From Squalus acanthias (Eukaryota): a DNA stretch of 64,000 bases. The translations under genes and the position numbers were made by a program. Location: NCBI GenBank assembly GCA_030390025.1, contig CM059425.1, positions 226,858,001 through 226,922,000 on the forward strand, in the 5' to 3' direction. Positions 25,451 through 38,741 of this stretch are shown in pieces. Within the stretch, counting starts at the first letter, position 1; each line of letters starts with the position of its first letter. A model generated the notes under the pieces. It ran no database searches. It worked only from the letters and a program-made list of their open reading frames with translations, and had not been told where the DNA came from.

Positions 25451-26262
25451 ACATGGAGGGGTAGGACTATCACAGGGTGCAGAGATTCTTCCTATTCTGC
25501 TCTTGGTTGCCCTACGAGTCAACGCCCTATCAGGTAAGGTGCTCCTAGCAGGACAAGCAACAGGAAGCTTACCAGAGCTTTGCATTGGTGAACTGCATGG
25601 TTAAACTTCAGCAGGAACCCTGTGCATAGTTGGGACTCAGCCAGCCTGCAACCTAAGCTCTCTGGATTTGGGTAGGTGGACTGTGTTCCCACACTCTGTA
25701 TTGGGCAAACAAATTCTACCAGTGTAGGTTTCTCAGTAGCTTCATGTGTATCAGGTACCCAGCTGACCAAAAAAAAGGGATAGTGAGCAATAGCACCTGA
25801 CCAAAATTAAGCCCATAAAAGGAAAAGTACTCATGGATATTGTTCCTATTGGACCATGAAGAACTGCAAATTCCACCCCCGCACCCTCCAAATTGATCTC
25901 TTATAACCCTGCACATCTGCAGTGTCTCTGAACTGTGCAAAAATATACATTATTCTAAGCACCATGGATTATTTTGCCAGTTTGCATTGGTCCAAAAATG
26001 ACATTCCATGAAACACTAGTAGGTGATGAGAGGAGCTCAGTCCTGCTTGGGTTGTCCCGACAAAAATTTCTGACAACAGTACAATGTTACAAGGTTAAGC
26101 TCCAGCCAGTCACACCAGAAGAGCTGGTGGCAGATGAGAACCACCATTTTATATCAGCTATCCGGTTCTTTATAACTACCGAATATGAAAAGTGTTCACC
26201 AGAGGCCGAAGTAAAGTACACACAGTGAGTTAAAAAAAAAAGTGTTGTTTTAAAAATGAGCC

Positions 26263-26268
26263 TTTAAT
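26263..26268 (-). terminator. Candidate ERI1 polyadenylation signal (ATTAAA)
   Basis: Minus-strand ATTAAA followed by T-rich and GT-rich sequence, about 1.5 kb past the stop, at the end of a repeat-free UTR-like stretch. Other sites are possible. Confidence 0.35.
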
Positions 26269-27750
26269 TAACAAAACCAAACAAAGGCACTGAACAGGTG
26301 TAACAAGTTCTAATCTATTCAAACTTTCACATGGAGAAATGAGTCAACATTAAAGGGTAAATTCTGCACTCCCAGCAGGGAGGCATGCTTAGACAGTGTG
26401 GATTGGAGAAACAGTGCTACAGTGTTGTTGTGCGCCTTATCTCTGACCCTGCTCCCTTTGTGTATGGCTCTCTTTGAGAATGAGGAATAGCTGAATTTAC
26501 CTTTATAGTTAATGCAGCTAACGCAGGCACAAGTGAAGTGATTTGCATTTGCAGCACAGTGCAGACTCTCTCCTGTGAGCTTCTGCTCTCAGACACGATA
26601 ACTGAAGGACGGGAAAGGTCGAAAGGCGTGTCAACCTACACTGCTCTTGTGCAAGTGCGGAGTGGCTTTGTCACAGGAAATTTACTCGCTTTTTCAGTCA
26701 GTCAGTGGAGATCTATAGAAGTTGGGTAAAATATTAAAATGTGGCAAAGGATGTGTGAAGGAAAAATAAATATTAAGTGTGCGAGTAATAAAAAACGTAA
26801 ACTAATATCTAAAGCATCTTTAGTCTAAATCTCTCCAACACTTGCAGTATTAATGTGCCAGTCAGGTGTACATGTTCAAACAATTGGCATAAAATTGTAT
26901 CAAAGATTTTAGGATATAATTTATACCAGAAGCATTCAATTTGTAGCAAACAAAGTGTATTACAGGTGTGGGAGAGAAGAGAGTATGTTCCTTTGTGGCG
27001 GGGAGTAAGCAAAATGACCATGCAATGTGCAGGTTGCCGTCACATCTTTGATAGAGATGGTTACCACATTGAAGCTTTCTGTCCCATTAAACTGACCAAA
27101 TCCCACAAGGTTGGGCCGTATAGTATTTTGGTAAATTGGCCACAACTATGCTGGGGTCATCTGCCCAATGCGAGGCGAACAAGAATACCCCTGTTCAAGA
27201 TAAAACTCAATACTGCGTAAAACTGGTACCTGACTTCCTTTAGGTTATAGAGACTTCTTGTGGCATAAGGATGCGCGAGTCAAACTGTTCACTAAGGGAC
27301 ACAAAGTGTTTTTCTTTAAAAAAAAAATCACATAAGCATTTGATTAAAGGTCCCAGTTTCACATTATTTTCAACAACTCCAGAGATGCAAAAAGGCAAAG
27401 CTGGGCTATTCTATAACAATGCTTTTGTAGGGTTTTTTTTAAACTAAAAAACCCCACAGATGTGTGGTTCAAAAGGATTAAGCTGAACTTGGCCAATTCT
27501 CACCTTCCCCCACCTTCCAGCATTTAACACTGTATAGTAAGCATTATAGCACAAGTTGGAAGAAAACAGGCAATCTTGTGACTCAGAATTGAAAAATACA
27601 GCACAAAATCCTGCTGGTGCTCCTGAACGAGACAATTTCTAAAAAAACAACGAAGTTTTGCAGCTGCCAGCAAATAGTCAGAATGCCGTGCTCCCTCAAA
27701 CCAACTGGAGCTCACTGGAATCCAGTTCGCCCCCAGGATTCTGTTGGTGC

Positions 27751-27993
27751 CTAGATTTTCTGCCATGGTGAATAGGGAGGAGGAGCACTCTCCAGTGGGG
27801 AGGTATTGGGCACGTTCATCAGCTGCCCTGCATGCAGCCGCTCGTTGACTCGCAGCTCACATCCATCCTGGAGCATCCGTATAGCAATCCGAGCAATATT
27901 TCGGGAATCATCCAGCCCGGAGTGAGGTCGGCCTTCGTACTTCATTCCGAGCTTTTCCAGCATGGAAGTGAGTTTGGTCTGAGTCCTGGGAAC
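27751..27993 (-). CDS. ERI1: ERI1 last coding exon (VPRTQTKLTSMLEKLGMKYEGRPHSGLDDSRNIARI...PWQKI*)
   Basis: ctgcag|GTT acceptor, H-x4-D motif III (HSGLDD), TAG stop. The seven exons total 1038 nt, i.e. 345 aa plus stop. Confidence 0.97.
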   Translation of the reverse strand, partial: VPRTQTKLTSMLEKLGMKYEGRPHSGLDDSRNIARIAIRMLQDGCELRVNERLHAGQLMNVPNTSPLESAPPPYSPWQKI

Positions 27994-28899
27994 CTGCAGG
28001 CAGATGGTCACAGCGTCTGTCAAAACCAGGACAAGTTAAACGGCCAAAAACAAATTTGTACAAAATGAAGCCCAGACCAGGGTCGCTCAAACTTGACCAA
28101 GTGTCTGTTGGGGGAAATGATGCAGTTGAGGTCAAGTAGAATTGTTTTGTGGAATCAAACCAAATGCTTGAAAAATGTAACCCGCAAGAATGAGTTGTGT
28201 AGCAACAATCAGCCCAACTCAGTGTAATGTGACAGGAGCACTTTATGCACAAACAGCACTGAGGTATGTTAAAGTCTGAGATTGCAAAATACGAAGTTTG
28301 TTTGCTGGAAGCTTGTGCAATGCTTCAAAAAGTTGATTAAAACCCATGGATAGTTGCTAGATTTCAACAAACATTGCGGCGACAGCATCAACCCGACTAT
28401 TAAGGCATTTTCGAAATGTGTCAACTACATAGATTATCTGTAATAAAACATCTTGCTGGTAATAAGTGACCCACAATAATATGGGACTGCCAGAATTTTA
28501 TTCTGTTTCAGAGCAGCACTCTGCCAGCAAGATCAGCCGATATGCTTTCTCACTACTTCCTACATAGCTGTGGGTGAGAGAGAGTGAGGGAAGTGGTGAG
28601 AAAACACTGGACCCACACACTGAACCTCATGAAACATCGATTGGCCTTGGAGGGGGTACAGTGTAGATTCACCAGAATAATACAAGGGCTACAAGGTGAT
28701 CTAATCAAGGTTTTTAAAATGATAAAGGGATTCTACAGGGTAGATACAGATAAACTATTTCCTTTGGTGGGGGAAATAGAGAACAAGGGGACACAATCTT
28801 AAAATTAGTGCTCTAGGCCATTCACAAGTGAAATCAGGAAGCACTATTTTAACACAAAGGGTAGTGAAAATCTGAAATTCCCATCCCCAAAACTAGAAG

Positions 28900-31800
28900 G
28901 GAACGGTAGCATAGTGGTTATGTTACTGGACTAGTAATCCAGAGGCCTGGACTAATGATCCGGAGGACGTGAGTTCAAATCCCATCACAGCAGCTGGGGA
29001 ATTTAAATTCAGTTAAATAAATCTGGAATAAAAAGCTAGTATCAGTAATGGTGACCATGAAACTATCAGATTGTCGTAAAAACCCATCTGGTTCACTAAT
29101 TTCCTTTAGGGAAGGAAATCTGCCATTCTCACCTGGTCTGGCCGATATGTGACCCACAGCAATGTGGTTAGCCTCTGAAATGTCGTAACAAAAAGCAATA
29201 AGAAGAATAAAACCGGACAGACCACCCGGCATCGACCTAGGCACCAGCTTCAAACAGGTAAATGGCACATCCAGCCCAGTCGACCCTGTAAAGTCCTCTA
29301 AACTAGTATCTGGGGACGTGTGCCGAAATTGTCCCAACAGCCTGACATAGTCACCCTCACAGAATTATATCTTTCAGCCAAAGTCCCAGACCCCTCCATC
29401 ACCATCCCTAGGTATGTCCTGTCCCACCGGCATGACAGACCCACCAGAGGTGTTGGCACTCAACATTGACTCCAGACCCCATGAAGTCTCATGGCTTCAG
29501 GTCAAGCATGGGTAAGGAAACCTCCTGCTGATTGCCACCTACCGCCCTCCCTCAGCTGATGAAACAGTACTCCTCCATGTTGAAGAAGCACTGAAGGGGC
29601 ACTCTGGGTGGGGGACTTCAATGTCCATCACCAAGAGTGGCTCGGTAGCACCACTACTGGCCGAACCCTGAATGATTAGCTGCCAGACTGGGCCTGTGGC
29701 AGGTAGTGAGAGAACCAACACGCGGGAAAAACATACATGACCTCATCCTCACCAATTTACCGGTCGCAGATGCATCTGTCCATGACAGCATTGGTAGCAG
29801 TGACCACCGCACAGTCCTTCTGGAGTTGAGTCCCGTCTTTACACTGAGGACACCCTCCATCGTGTTGTGTGGCACTACCACCATGGGATAGATTCAGAAC
29901 AGATCTAGCAGCTCTAAACTGGGCACCCATGAGGCGCTGTGGGCCATCAGCAGCAGCAGAATTGTATTCCACCACAATCTGTAACCTCATGGCCTGGCAT
30001 ATCCCTCACTCTACCATTACCATCAAGCCAGGGAACCAACCCTGGTTCAATGAGGAGTGCAGAAGAGCATGCCAGGAGCAGCACCAGGCGTACCTAAAAA
30101 TGAGGTGCCAACCTGGGGAAGCTGCAACACAGGACTACATGCATGTTAAACAACAGAATTGGCATGCTAAAGACAGAGCTAAGCAATCCCACAATCAATG
30201 GATCAGATCAAAGTCCTGCCACATCCAGTCGTGAATCGTGACGGACAATTAAACTAATGGGAGGAGGAGTCTCCATGAATATCCCTATCCTCAATGATGG
30301 CAGAGCCCAGCACGCGAGCGCAAAAGACAAGGCTGAAGCATTTGCAACCATCTATTGCCGAGTGGACGATCCATATCGGCCTCCTCCTGAGATCCCCACC
30401 ATTACAGAAGCCAGTCTTCAGCCTATTCGATTTACTCCACATATCATCAAGAAACGGTTGAGCGCACTGTACACAGCAAAGGCTAACCCCGACAACATTC
30501 CGGCTGTGGTGCTGAAGACTTGTGCTCCAGAACTAGCCGCGCCTCTAGCCAAGCTGTTCCAGTACAGCTACAACACTGGCATCTACCAGACAATGTGGAA
30601 AACTGCCCAGGCATGTCCTATCCACAAAAAGCAGGACAAATCCATTTGGGCCAATTACCGCCCCCATCAGTCTACTCTCAATCATCAGCAAAGTGATGGA
30701 AGGTGTTGTTGACAGAGCTATCAAGCAGTACTTACTCACCAACAACCTTCTCACCGATGCTCAGTTTGGGTTCCGGACCTCATTACAACTTTGGTCCAAA
30801 CATGGACAAAAGAGATGAATTCCAAAGGTGAGGTGAGAGTGACTGCCCTTGACATCAAGGCAGCACTTGACCGAGTATGGCATCAAGGAGCCCTAGTAAA
30901 ATTGAGCTTGAGATTTTCAGGATAACTGCTGCCCTTTCATCGAAACAGCCTGTGGTGTCATGTGTCAAGAAAACTCTTAAACTCTCCTTACAATCCAACT
31001 GCTAAAACACCAGCACTTTCAGTAACAGAATTTTCTCCTATTCTGTGCGCGCCTTTTTTCTGAAGGACTTTGCCTCATTGATTCCAAGTATGAGAGGGTT
31101 GTCCTATGAGAAGAGATTGAGTAGATTGGGCCTATACTCTCTGGAGTTTGGAAGAATGAGAGGTGATCTCATTGAAACATATAAAATTCTGAGGGGGATT
31201 GACAGGGTAGATGCTGAGAGGTTGTTTCCTCTGGCTGGAGAATCTAGAACTAGAGGGCAAAGTCGCAGGTTAAGGGGTCAGCCATTTAGGACTGAGATGA
31301 GGAACAATGTCTTCACTCAGACGGTTGTGAATCTTTGGAATTCTCTACCCAAAGGGCTGTGGATGCTCAGTCCTTGAGTATATTCAAGGCTGAGATAGAT
31401 AGATTTTTGGACTCTAGGGGAAATCAAGGGATATGGGGATCGGGCGGGAAAGTGGAGCTGAGGTCGAAGATCAGCCATGATCTTATTGAATGGCAGAGCA
31501 GGCTCGAGGGCCCGCATGGCCTACTCCTGCTCCTAAATCTTCTGTTCTTATGAAGTCAATGGGAATCAGGGGGAAAACTCTCCACTGGCTGGAGTCATAC
31601 CTCGCACAAAGGAAGATGGTTGTGGTTGTTGGAGGTCAATCATCTCAGCCCTGGGACATCGCTGCAGGAGTTCCTCAGGAAAGTGTCCTAGGCCCAACCA
31701 TCTTCAGCTGTTTCATCAATGTCCTTCCCTCCATCATAAGGTCAGAAGTGGGGATATCGCTGATGATTGCACAGTGTTCAATTCTATTCACAACTCCTCA

Positions 31801-32640
31801 GATAATGAAGCAGTCCATGCCCGCATGCAGCAAGAGCTGGATGACATTCGGGGTTGGGCTGATAAGTGGCAAGTAACATTCGCACCACACAAGTGCCAGG
31901 CAATGACTATCTCCAACAAGCGAGAGTCTAACCACCGTCCCTTGACATTCAACGGCGTTGTCATTGCCGAATCCCCCACCATTAACATCCTGGGGGTAAC
32001 CAGACCAGCCACATAAATACTGTGGCTACAAGAGCAGGTCAGAGGCTGGGTTTTCTGCGGTGAGTGTCTCACCTCCTGACTCCCCAAAGCCTTTCTACCA
32101 TCTTCAAGGCACAAGTCAGGAGTGTGATGAAATACTCTCCACTTGTCTGGATGAGTGCAGCTCCAACAACACTCAAGAAGCTCGACACCATCCAGGACAA
32201 AGCTGCCCACTTGATTGGCACCTCATCCACCACCTTAAACATTCACTCCCTCCACCACCAGCGCACCGTGGCTGCAGTGTCTACCATCTACAAGATGCAC
32301 TGCAGCAACTCGCCAAGGCTTCTTCGACAGCACCTCCCAAACCCACGACCTCTACCACCTAGAAGGACAAGGGCAGCAGACACATGGGAACACCATCACC
32401 TGCAAGTTCCCCTCCAAGTTACACACCATCCTGACTTGGAAATATATCGCCGTTCCTTCATCGTTGCTGGGTCAAAATCCTGGAACTCCCTCCCTAACAG
32501 CACTGAGGGAGTACCTTCACCACACGGACTGCAGCAGTTCAAGGCGGCGGCTCACCACCACCTTCTCAAGGGCAATTAGGGATGGGCAATAAATGCTGGC
32601 CTTGCCAGCGACGCCCACATCCCATGAACGAATTAAAAAA
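28900..32640 (+). mobile_element. LINE family B, full length with a tRNA-derived 5' head; carries an internal insert (about 30906-31550, including a CR1 3' end) and is itself nested in a CR1 3' end (28640-28890 / 32990-33150)
   Basis: A box GGTAGCATAGTGG at 28905-28917, B box GTTCAAATCC at 28973-28982, then the SINE body, endonuclease and RT motifs, and the 3' tail with A-run at about 32640. Confidence 0.88.
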
Positions 32641-32644
32641 AAAG

Positions 32645-32990
32645 AAAGACAGTAGTATAGAGATTGCTGGCCTAATAATCCAGAAACACAAGCTCAAATC
32701 CCATCATGGCAGTGAGAATTTGAATTCAATTAAAATAAAATCAGTAAAAGTGACCATGAAGCTGTCAGATTGTCGCAAAAATCCAACTGGTTCACTAATA
32801 TCCTTTTGGAAGGGAAATCTGTCGCACTTACCCTTGGCCTACACGTGACTCCAGTCCCACACCGACGTGGTTGACTCTTAACTGCCTTCTGAAATGGTCT
32901 GGCGAGCCACTCGGTCATCAGGACCACTAGGAATGGTCAATAAATGCTGACCTTGCCAGCGATGCTCACAGCCGAGAATGAAAATAAAGG
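32645..32990 (+). mobile_element. tRNA-derived SINE sharing its head with the LINE B 5' end and its tail with the LINE B 3' end (SlmI/MetaSINE-like)
   Basis: CTGGTTCACTAAT.TCCTTT.GGAAGG.AAATCTG body and AATAAATGCTG.CCTTGCCAGCGA tail. The family name is from recall. Confidence 0.75.
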
Positions 32991-33919
32991 GCTGTGGCTG
33001 CTGGGTCAATTGAAATATTCAAGACTGAGATTGTTGGGTAAGGGTATCAAGGGACATGGATCAAAGGCTGGTAAATGGAGTGGAGGTACAGATCAGCCCT
33101 GATCTGATCGGAACAGGCTCGAGGGACTGAATGGTTTACTCCTGCTCCTACAGACTCGAGACAGCTGGATAACAATGGCCATTCCAGCTACACAGGTGAG
33201 CATCATAAGCAGTAAACACTTAACGCCAGTGATCCCATCAACAGTACTGATCTCAGCAAAGCTGTAAACCTTAAAATCAATACAGAGCCTTAATGCTTAA
33301 AGACCCTCCTGTGTTTTTGAGAGTGGGGAGTGGCCCAGCAATCAGCAGTGCACAGTAATTTAGGTTTCACTGCAGTTTCTCAACAATCAGCCCTTTCCAT
33401 GTACTGCAGAATTAATTTTATTAAACTATTTCTTCACATTTTAGAGTATTAAAAAGTAACAGTAAGAAAGGCTTGAACAGCTACCAATTACAGAAGTGAA
33501 AATAATTCACTGTTGTATTTGTAATTACAGCTCAAATATGAAGTAACTGGTCAAGGTAAGCCCAGTTGTGTCCACACAGGCTCATTAGGCCCATCATTGT
33601 AGACCACAGATACCACTGCTGTCGAATCACAGGCCCAAACTTTTCCAGATCCACACCCCACATTCCATCAATCCAGTCAGGATTCATGGCATTTCAGCAC
33701 AGAACTGGAAATGTAAACAATCCTTGGGAAAGCCAGTCCACCAGAAGAATTGATTGAAATGCGACAATTTTCTCTACAATGGGCAGCCAGTCGAGGCTGC
33801 ACGGTGCAGCTGGTGTTGTATTGGAGGGAAAGAGAAAGAGCAGAGCTGGATAGCCTGTATGCACATGTTCTTTGTCTTCCAATCGGGTTGGTGATACTTG
33901 TTCTCTCAGTAGGATTTAT

Positions 33920-34316
33920 GGCCTAGAAATTTGTTTTCAGGCGCCAAACTGCCTCTGAGCCTCCAATAGGGCCGGAAGTGCGCTACCCACCATATTGGTA
34001 AAGAACAAAAAGATCTGTCCTTAAAGGAACCTCTGCAGGCCGCAACCAACAAAGCTAAGTTTTAAAAAAATATATACTTAGCTGAATGTGGAGCCGGCAA
34101 GAGCAGGAGTGATGGACACCAATCCACCCTATCGTCGCCGCTCCCTTCACCCTGATGGCCACCACTATCTCCCAACCTGGGCGCTCTCACCAGCTCCACG
34201 TAAATGAGGCCCGAGGCCCAATATCGGGGGCACCTCAGGCCTCATTATTCAGACACAGGGATTGGTCGCTGCGTAGTCCCGCGTGCCCAAAACTGGGCAT
34301 ACCCGAATTTCTAGGT
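33920..34316. mobile_element. MITE, probably PIF/Harbinger
   Basis: TIRs CCTAGAAATT (33922-33931) / AATTTCTAGG (34306-34315). Confidence 0.6.
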
Positions 34317-35195
34317 TAGTGTCTTTAGATTGGACCATTATAGTTTACAGAGCATCCTGGTATATGGAAACTTACTGATGGCCCCCAGCAAAACCGGCAG
34401 CATAAGTACAGACCAGCGGTCAGCACACTGCTCCGCGCAACACACCTGTGATTCAGGCCAATGATTGCATGGCTCAGATTCAGTATCTTTCCCAATATTG
34501 AGTACAAAGTTCCTATTGTACTTGGTTTAAGCACACAAAGTGGACTCTCGGCAATTCTCTTCCAATACATTCGTCCTTCCCATTTGCTTTAAGTGCTCAC
34601 CGTTTAATGATGAAAGTGCCATGTTCATAGAGTGTAAAATACACAGTGAGATCATCGCAAAATTGATCTCATTCCATCCAAAGTTTTATCTTCCAATAAC
34701 TAGTTCTGACAACATGCTTTAAATTAGTGACAATGGATTAGTTCAGTATCAGTATCCATTTTCTGGATACCCAAATAATATACAGCAGGAGTGCCCAAGT
34801 GTTCAATGTCAATGGTCTCACAGGTATGCACTACCATGGAGCATCAAGTTTAAATCCCTGTTCCCGCTAACTTGCAGATCTATCCAGTTGCTGATATCAA
34901 CAGATCTCGGGGTTCTGATTTAGGATTTATCTACCAATGAGATAACAATAAGAACAGCCCTTACCAAACCTCCAGGCCTACAAATTTTTTTTTAAAAGAG
35001 TCAAACCAGCGAGTAGGAAATACAAGCGTAAATAGGGCTGAGCTGTCTGGGCTTCGAAGGCTGGAACGTCAGGGCTCGGGGGCCACATGTAGTCCGTAGG
35101 TTACATTTTGGATACGCCTGATGTACAATATAATGAAAATTTGGACTCTTTATTTTTCTACTGCACTGTAACACCAGGCAAAACAAATCACAAAC

Positions 35196-35310
35196 CTTGT
35201 AGAAGTTGCCATAACTTTTTCGGATGTTAATCCATTTCTTTGCAAACCGTGGATATTCGATGCTGCTGAGGTGGCACTGAACATTCAGGAACTTACACAT
35301 GTCCCAGGAG
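35196..35310 (-). CDS. ERI1: ERI1 coding exon 6 (SWDMCKFLNVQCHLSSIEYPRFAKKWINIRKSYGNFYK)
   Basis: ctcttag|C acceptor, AAG|GTTTGT donor, 115 nt. Contains the motif II Asp (TDGSWD). Confidence 0.96.
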
Positions 35311-35960
35311 CTAAGAGTGGGGGAAAAAATAAGTTTCTATATTGAATTAGTCACAGCCACACAGAAAGGCAGAACTCGAATGCTTCACACTGAACAGATG
35401 CAAGACAGAGCATGCAACTTTAAAACCATATCTAAATGAATTTCTGAAACTCAATTATGAATTTAAGATGCATATCAAAGGTAGGAGGTCACCTCCACAG
35501 CTCTGGATATCAGACCAGCAGAAGTGTTCTGATGAAGGGTCCATACTCAGTCATAAGTTGTCTTTACCCTTTACATATGCTGACAGAAATTGTACGGCAT
35601 TAGTTGTGCATTAATGAAATCCATGATCGGGTATTTATTCAATATTGAAAAAGATGTGATTCTGGTGAAGCTCTGATAATATCAAAGGTCGATATGGTGT
35701 TCGGTTGGAGGTGAATTTGTATACCTAGTACAGGAACAGTGTACACAGGGTAACCGGCTGAGCTGCACTGTATTGTACATTAGCTGGCACTGCTAGTTGA
35801 AGTTTCTTCTTTAAAGCACAATTTCTATGCCAGGCCAAAATTACAAGCTAGTCAAGCTAACTTAATCTTGCATTCCTCACATTTATCCATTCCGTTTCTT
35901 CCATGATGAAAATCAGCACGATTGTTTGATTTATATGTTTTATGAGGGTGTACTACATAC

Positions 35961-36070
35961 CCGTCAGTTAGCACTGCATATCTGCACTTGGTTCCGAGTT
36001 CCTTCTCTCTCATCCAGTCAACTACTCGTTGAAGAACATCTGGGAAACTCCCTGCCTTATCAACCATATC
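35961..36070 (-). CDS. ERI1: ERI1 coding exon 5 (DMVDKAGSFPDVLQRVVDWMREKELGTKCRYAVLTDG)
   Basis: ttctag|GAT acceptor, GG|GTATGT donor, 110 nt. Confidence 0.96.
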
Positions 36071-36454
36071 CTAGAATAAACATAACACGCACACTTAAGA
36101 GGGGTGAAAGAATTACCTTCGCCTACTAAACAAAATCTTGTCACTCTAGTCTCCGCAGCTCCCATTATTTGTTTAGTCTCTCCCTTATATGTTTAGTTAA
36201 TGCTAGCAGATTTCCCATGGTGTTGTTCATGTTAAGTCAGAGGACACACTGTTTTCTAACAATTGGAAGTGGGGGGCAAATCAACAAAGTGTGACAAGGC
36301 AAGTGTGACACCTACAAAAGTGCACACTACATGCAAGACTTTTAATATATTAATATTCAATCTTCTGTAGTGCTATACACAGGAAGTCAAGACCAAGTAC
36401 AGTTTTCAGGTGAATTGGAGTCAGAGAGTGCGTGGAGTGGGGTTTTTTTTTTAA

Positions 36455-36935
36455 TTAATTCACGGGATGTGGATGTCACCGGCAAGCATTTATTGCCCAT
36501 CCCTAATTAGGATGGGAAGGTGGTAGTGAGCCACCTTGGTGGTGGCTTGCTTGGCCATTTCAGAGGGAAGTTAAGAGTCAACCACATTGCTGTGGGTCTG
36601 GAGTCACATATAGGCCAGACCGGGTAAGGACAGCAGATTTCCTTCCCTAAAGGACATTAGTGAACCAGATGGGTTTTTACGACAATCCGATAGTTTCATG
36701 GTCACCATTACTGACACTTTATTCCAGATTTATTTAATTTGCATAATTTAAATATTTAATTAGTTAAATTTTAAATTTCAGTCCCCATTTGAAAGTTATA
36801 CAATCTATGGTTATTTTTATACAATGTTTTGATTTTATATATTATTATAGTGGGATTTGAACTCACGTCTCCGGATCATTAGTCCAGGCCTCTAAATTAC
36901 TAGTCCAATAACATAACCACTATGCTACCGTACCC
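36455..36935 (-). mobile_element. tRNA-derived SINE (same family as 32645-32990) in ERI1 intron 4
   Basis: Head 36853-36935 is near-identical to 28900-28985. Tail 36460-36510 matches the LINE B 3' end. Confidence 0.85.
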
Positions 36936-37775
36936 TCTAATTGAACAGGGCATGCAGTCATATTTCAGTCCCCATTTGAAAGTTATACAATCTATGGTTA
37001 TTTTTATACTATGTTTTGATTTTATATATTATTATAGTTAGATAGAAAAACTTATAGCAATTTCAAAAGCAGGAAAGACAGCTGCTTGGAGCGTAGCAAT
37101 TCCTATGCGGAAAAGCTGGGAGACGTCAATCCAAGGTGCTACAGTGCCACCAGTGGGTGGGAAGTGTAATTACATCATGACATGTTTACATAGGCAATTT
37201 CTATTATAATTGTGGCCACAGGAATATATAATGGGGGAAAAATTACACAAGTGTGACAGAAACTTGACAACTGGAAGTATGATTTAGTAGACAAGAAGTA
37301 GGTGTAGATTTAAGGCTTTTTAAAAATAAAATATAGCCCAATTTTGTTAATCTACCAATGTGCAATAGAAGAATTTTGCCAACACTAAACAATGTAGTAA
37401 GCCTTTGAGAAATGCATTACTCAATATCTTAGTTTATAAGGCTGAGACTATCACTTAAGTTTTGTGCTCCGGCAAGTGTATGTTTTAATTTAATATACTA
37501 CATTGAAATTAAAGGGAATTGTTGCAGACTACACAACAGCAATTTAAAAGCTGTGGTTTTCATTCTGTTTAATTACTGCAGTTTCAAATCTCAATTGGCT
37601 GCACTCATTATGCCACTTTTAGACAATAAACACAATGTCCGTCCGATCTCCTGACACACGGGGGGAAATGTTGAAGCGAAAATCTGACACTCGGGATTTC
37701 TACTTTAAAAATAAAAATCACAATTTCAAATCATACCTGAGCAAATTAAAACTGCACTTAAATGAATAAGATTAC

Positions 37776-37859
37776 CTGTGTGATGCCTGTGAGTTTGGTA
37801 CAAAATTCTGTAAGCTTGGGCTTCAGTTCTGGTTTGACATATTCCTGGAATGTATCCTC
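37776..37859 (-). CDS. ERI1: ERI1 coding exon 4 (EDTFQEYVKPELKPKLTEFCTKLTGITQ)
   Basis: ttttcaag|GAG acceptor, CAG|GTAATC donor, 84 nt, phase 0/0. Contains the ERI1 FC..LTGITQ motif. Confidence 0.95.
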
Positions 37860-38741
37860 CTTGAAAACAGCGCAGAAAGTTATTTTTCGTTAGTACTTTT
37901 CCCAGTTCTGTGGCCCTGGGAAATCTTTCCTCCCACAGCCTGACCATTAAATGAAAGAAATGTTTGTATTTATATAGCACCTTTCGCATCTCAGGATGTC
38001 CCAAAGCGTTTCACAGCTACTGAGTTATTTTTTGTTGTGACGTAGACAAACACAGCAGCTAATTTGTGCACAGCAAAGATCCCACAAAGAACAAATGAGA
38101 AGGATGATGAGAAACAAGAGGGAATCATCTTAAAATTAGAGCTGGGCCATTTAGGTGTGAAATCAGGAAGAACCTTTTCAAATAAAGGGTAGTGGAAATC
38201 TGGAACTCGTCCCCAAAAGGCTGTGGCTACAGCTTTCAATGCTGCTGTTAACTCTACAGCGATTCGGCTCCATTTCCTACACTGATTAAAAAAGGAGATT
38301 TCACTGGCAAGCTGTCATTAAGCAGACCCAGCTGGAAAGCAGCTGCATTTTTAGTAAACTAAACATGGTATTAACCAGGCACACCTTATAGAAAAGTAAT
38401 ACTATGCATTGGAAACTGCCTGGAAAAATAAAATGACCTTGCAGTAAGATCTCAATTTCTTTAAACAGATTAAGTGTCACCTTGGCTTGTTTGGTAACAC
38501 TCTTGCCTCTTTAGTCAGAAGATTGATAGTTCAAGCCCAAGAAATTGAGCACATTATCTTGGTTTCTCTCCAGTACTGAGGGAGTGTTGCATCAGAGGTA
38601 CTGTCTTTCACTTGTGGAATCTTGCTGCCACATTTTCCTACATAACATTGACTGCATTTCACTGGATATGGACCACTTTGGTTTGGGATAAGATGCGAGT
38701 ACTATACTCATGCGAGGTGTATAAAGCACACAATTACTCAC

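Noticed and set aside
28900-28985. tRNA gene (also 51368-51440)
   Set aside because: The A/B boxes belong to SINE or LINE heads. There is no complete cloverleaf and the sequence continues into repeat bodies.
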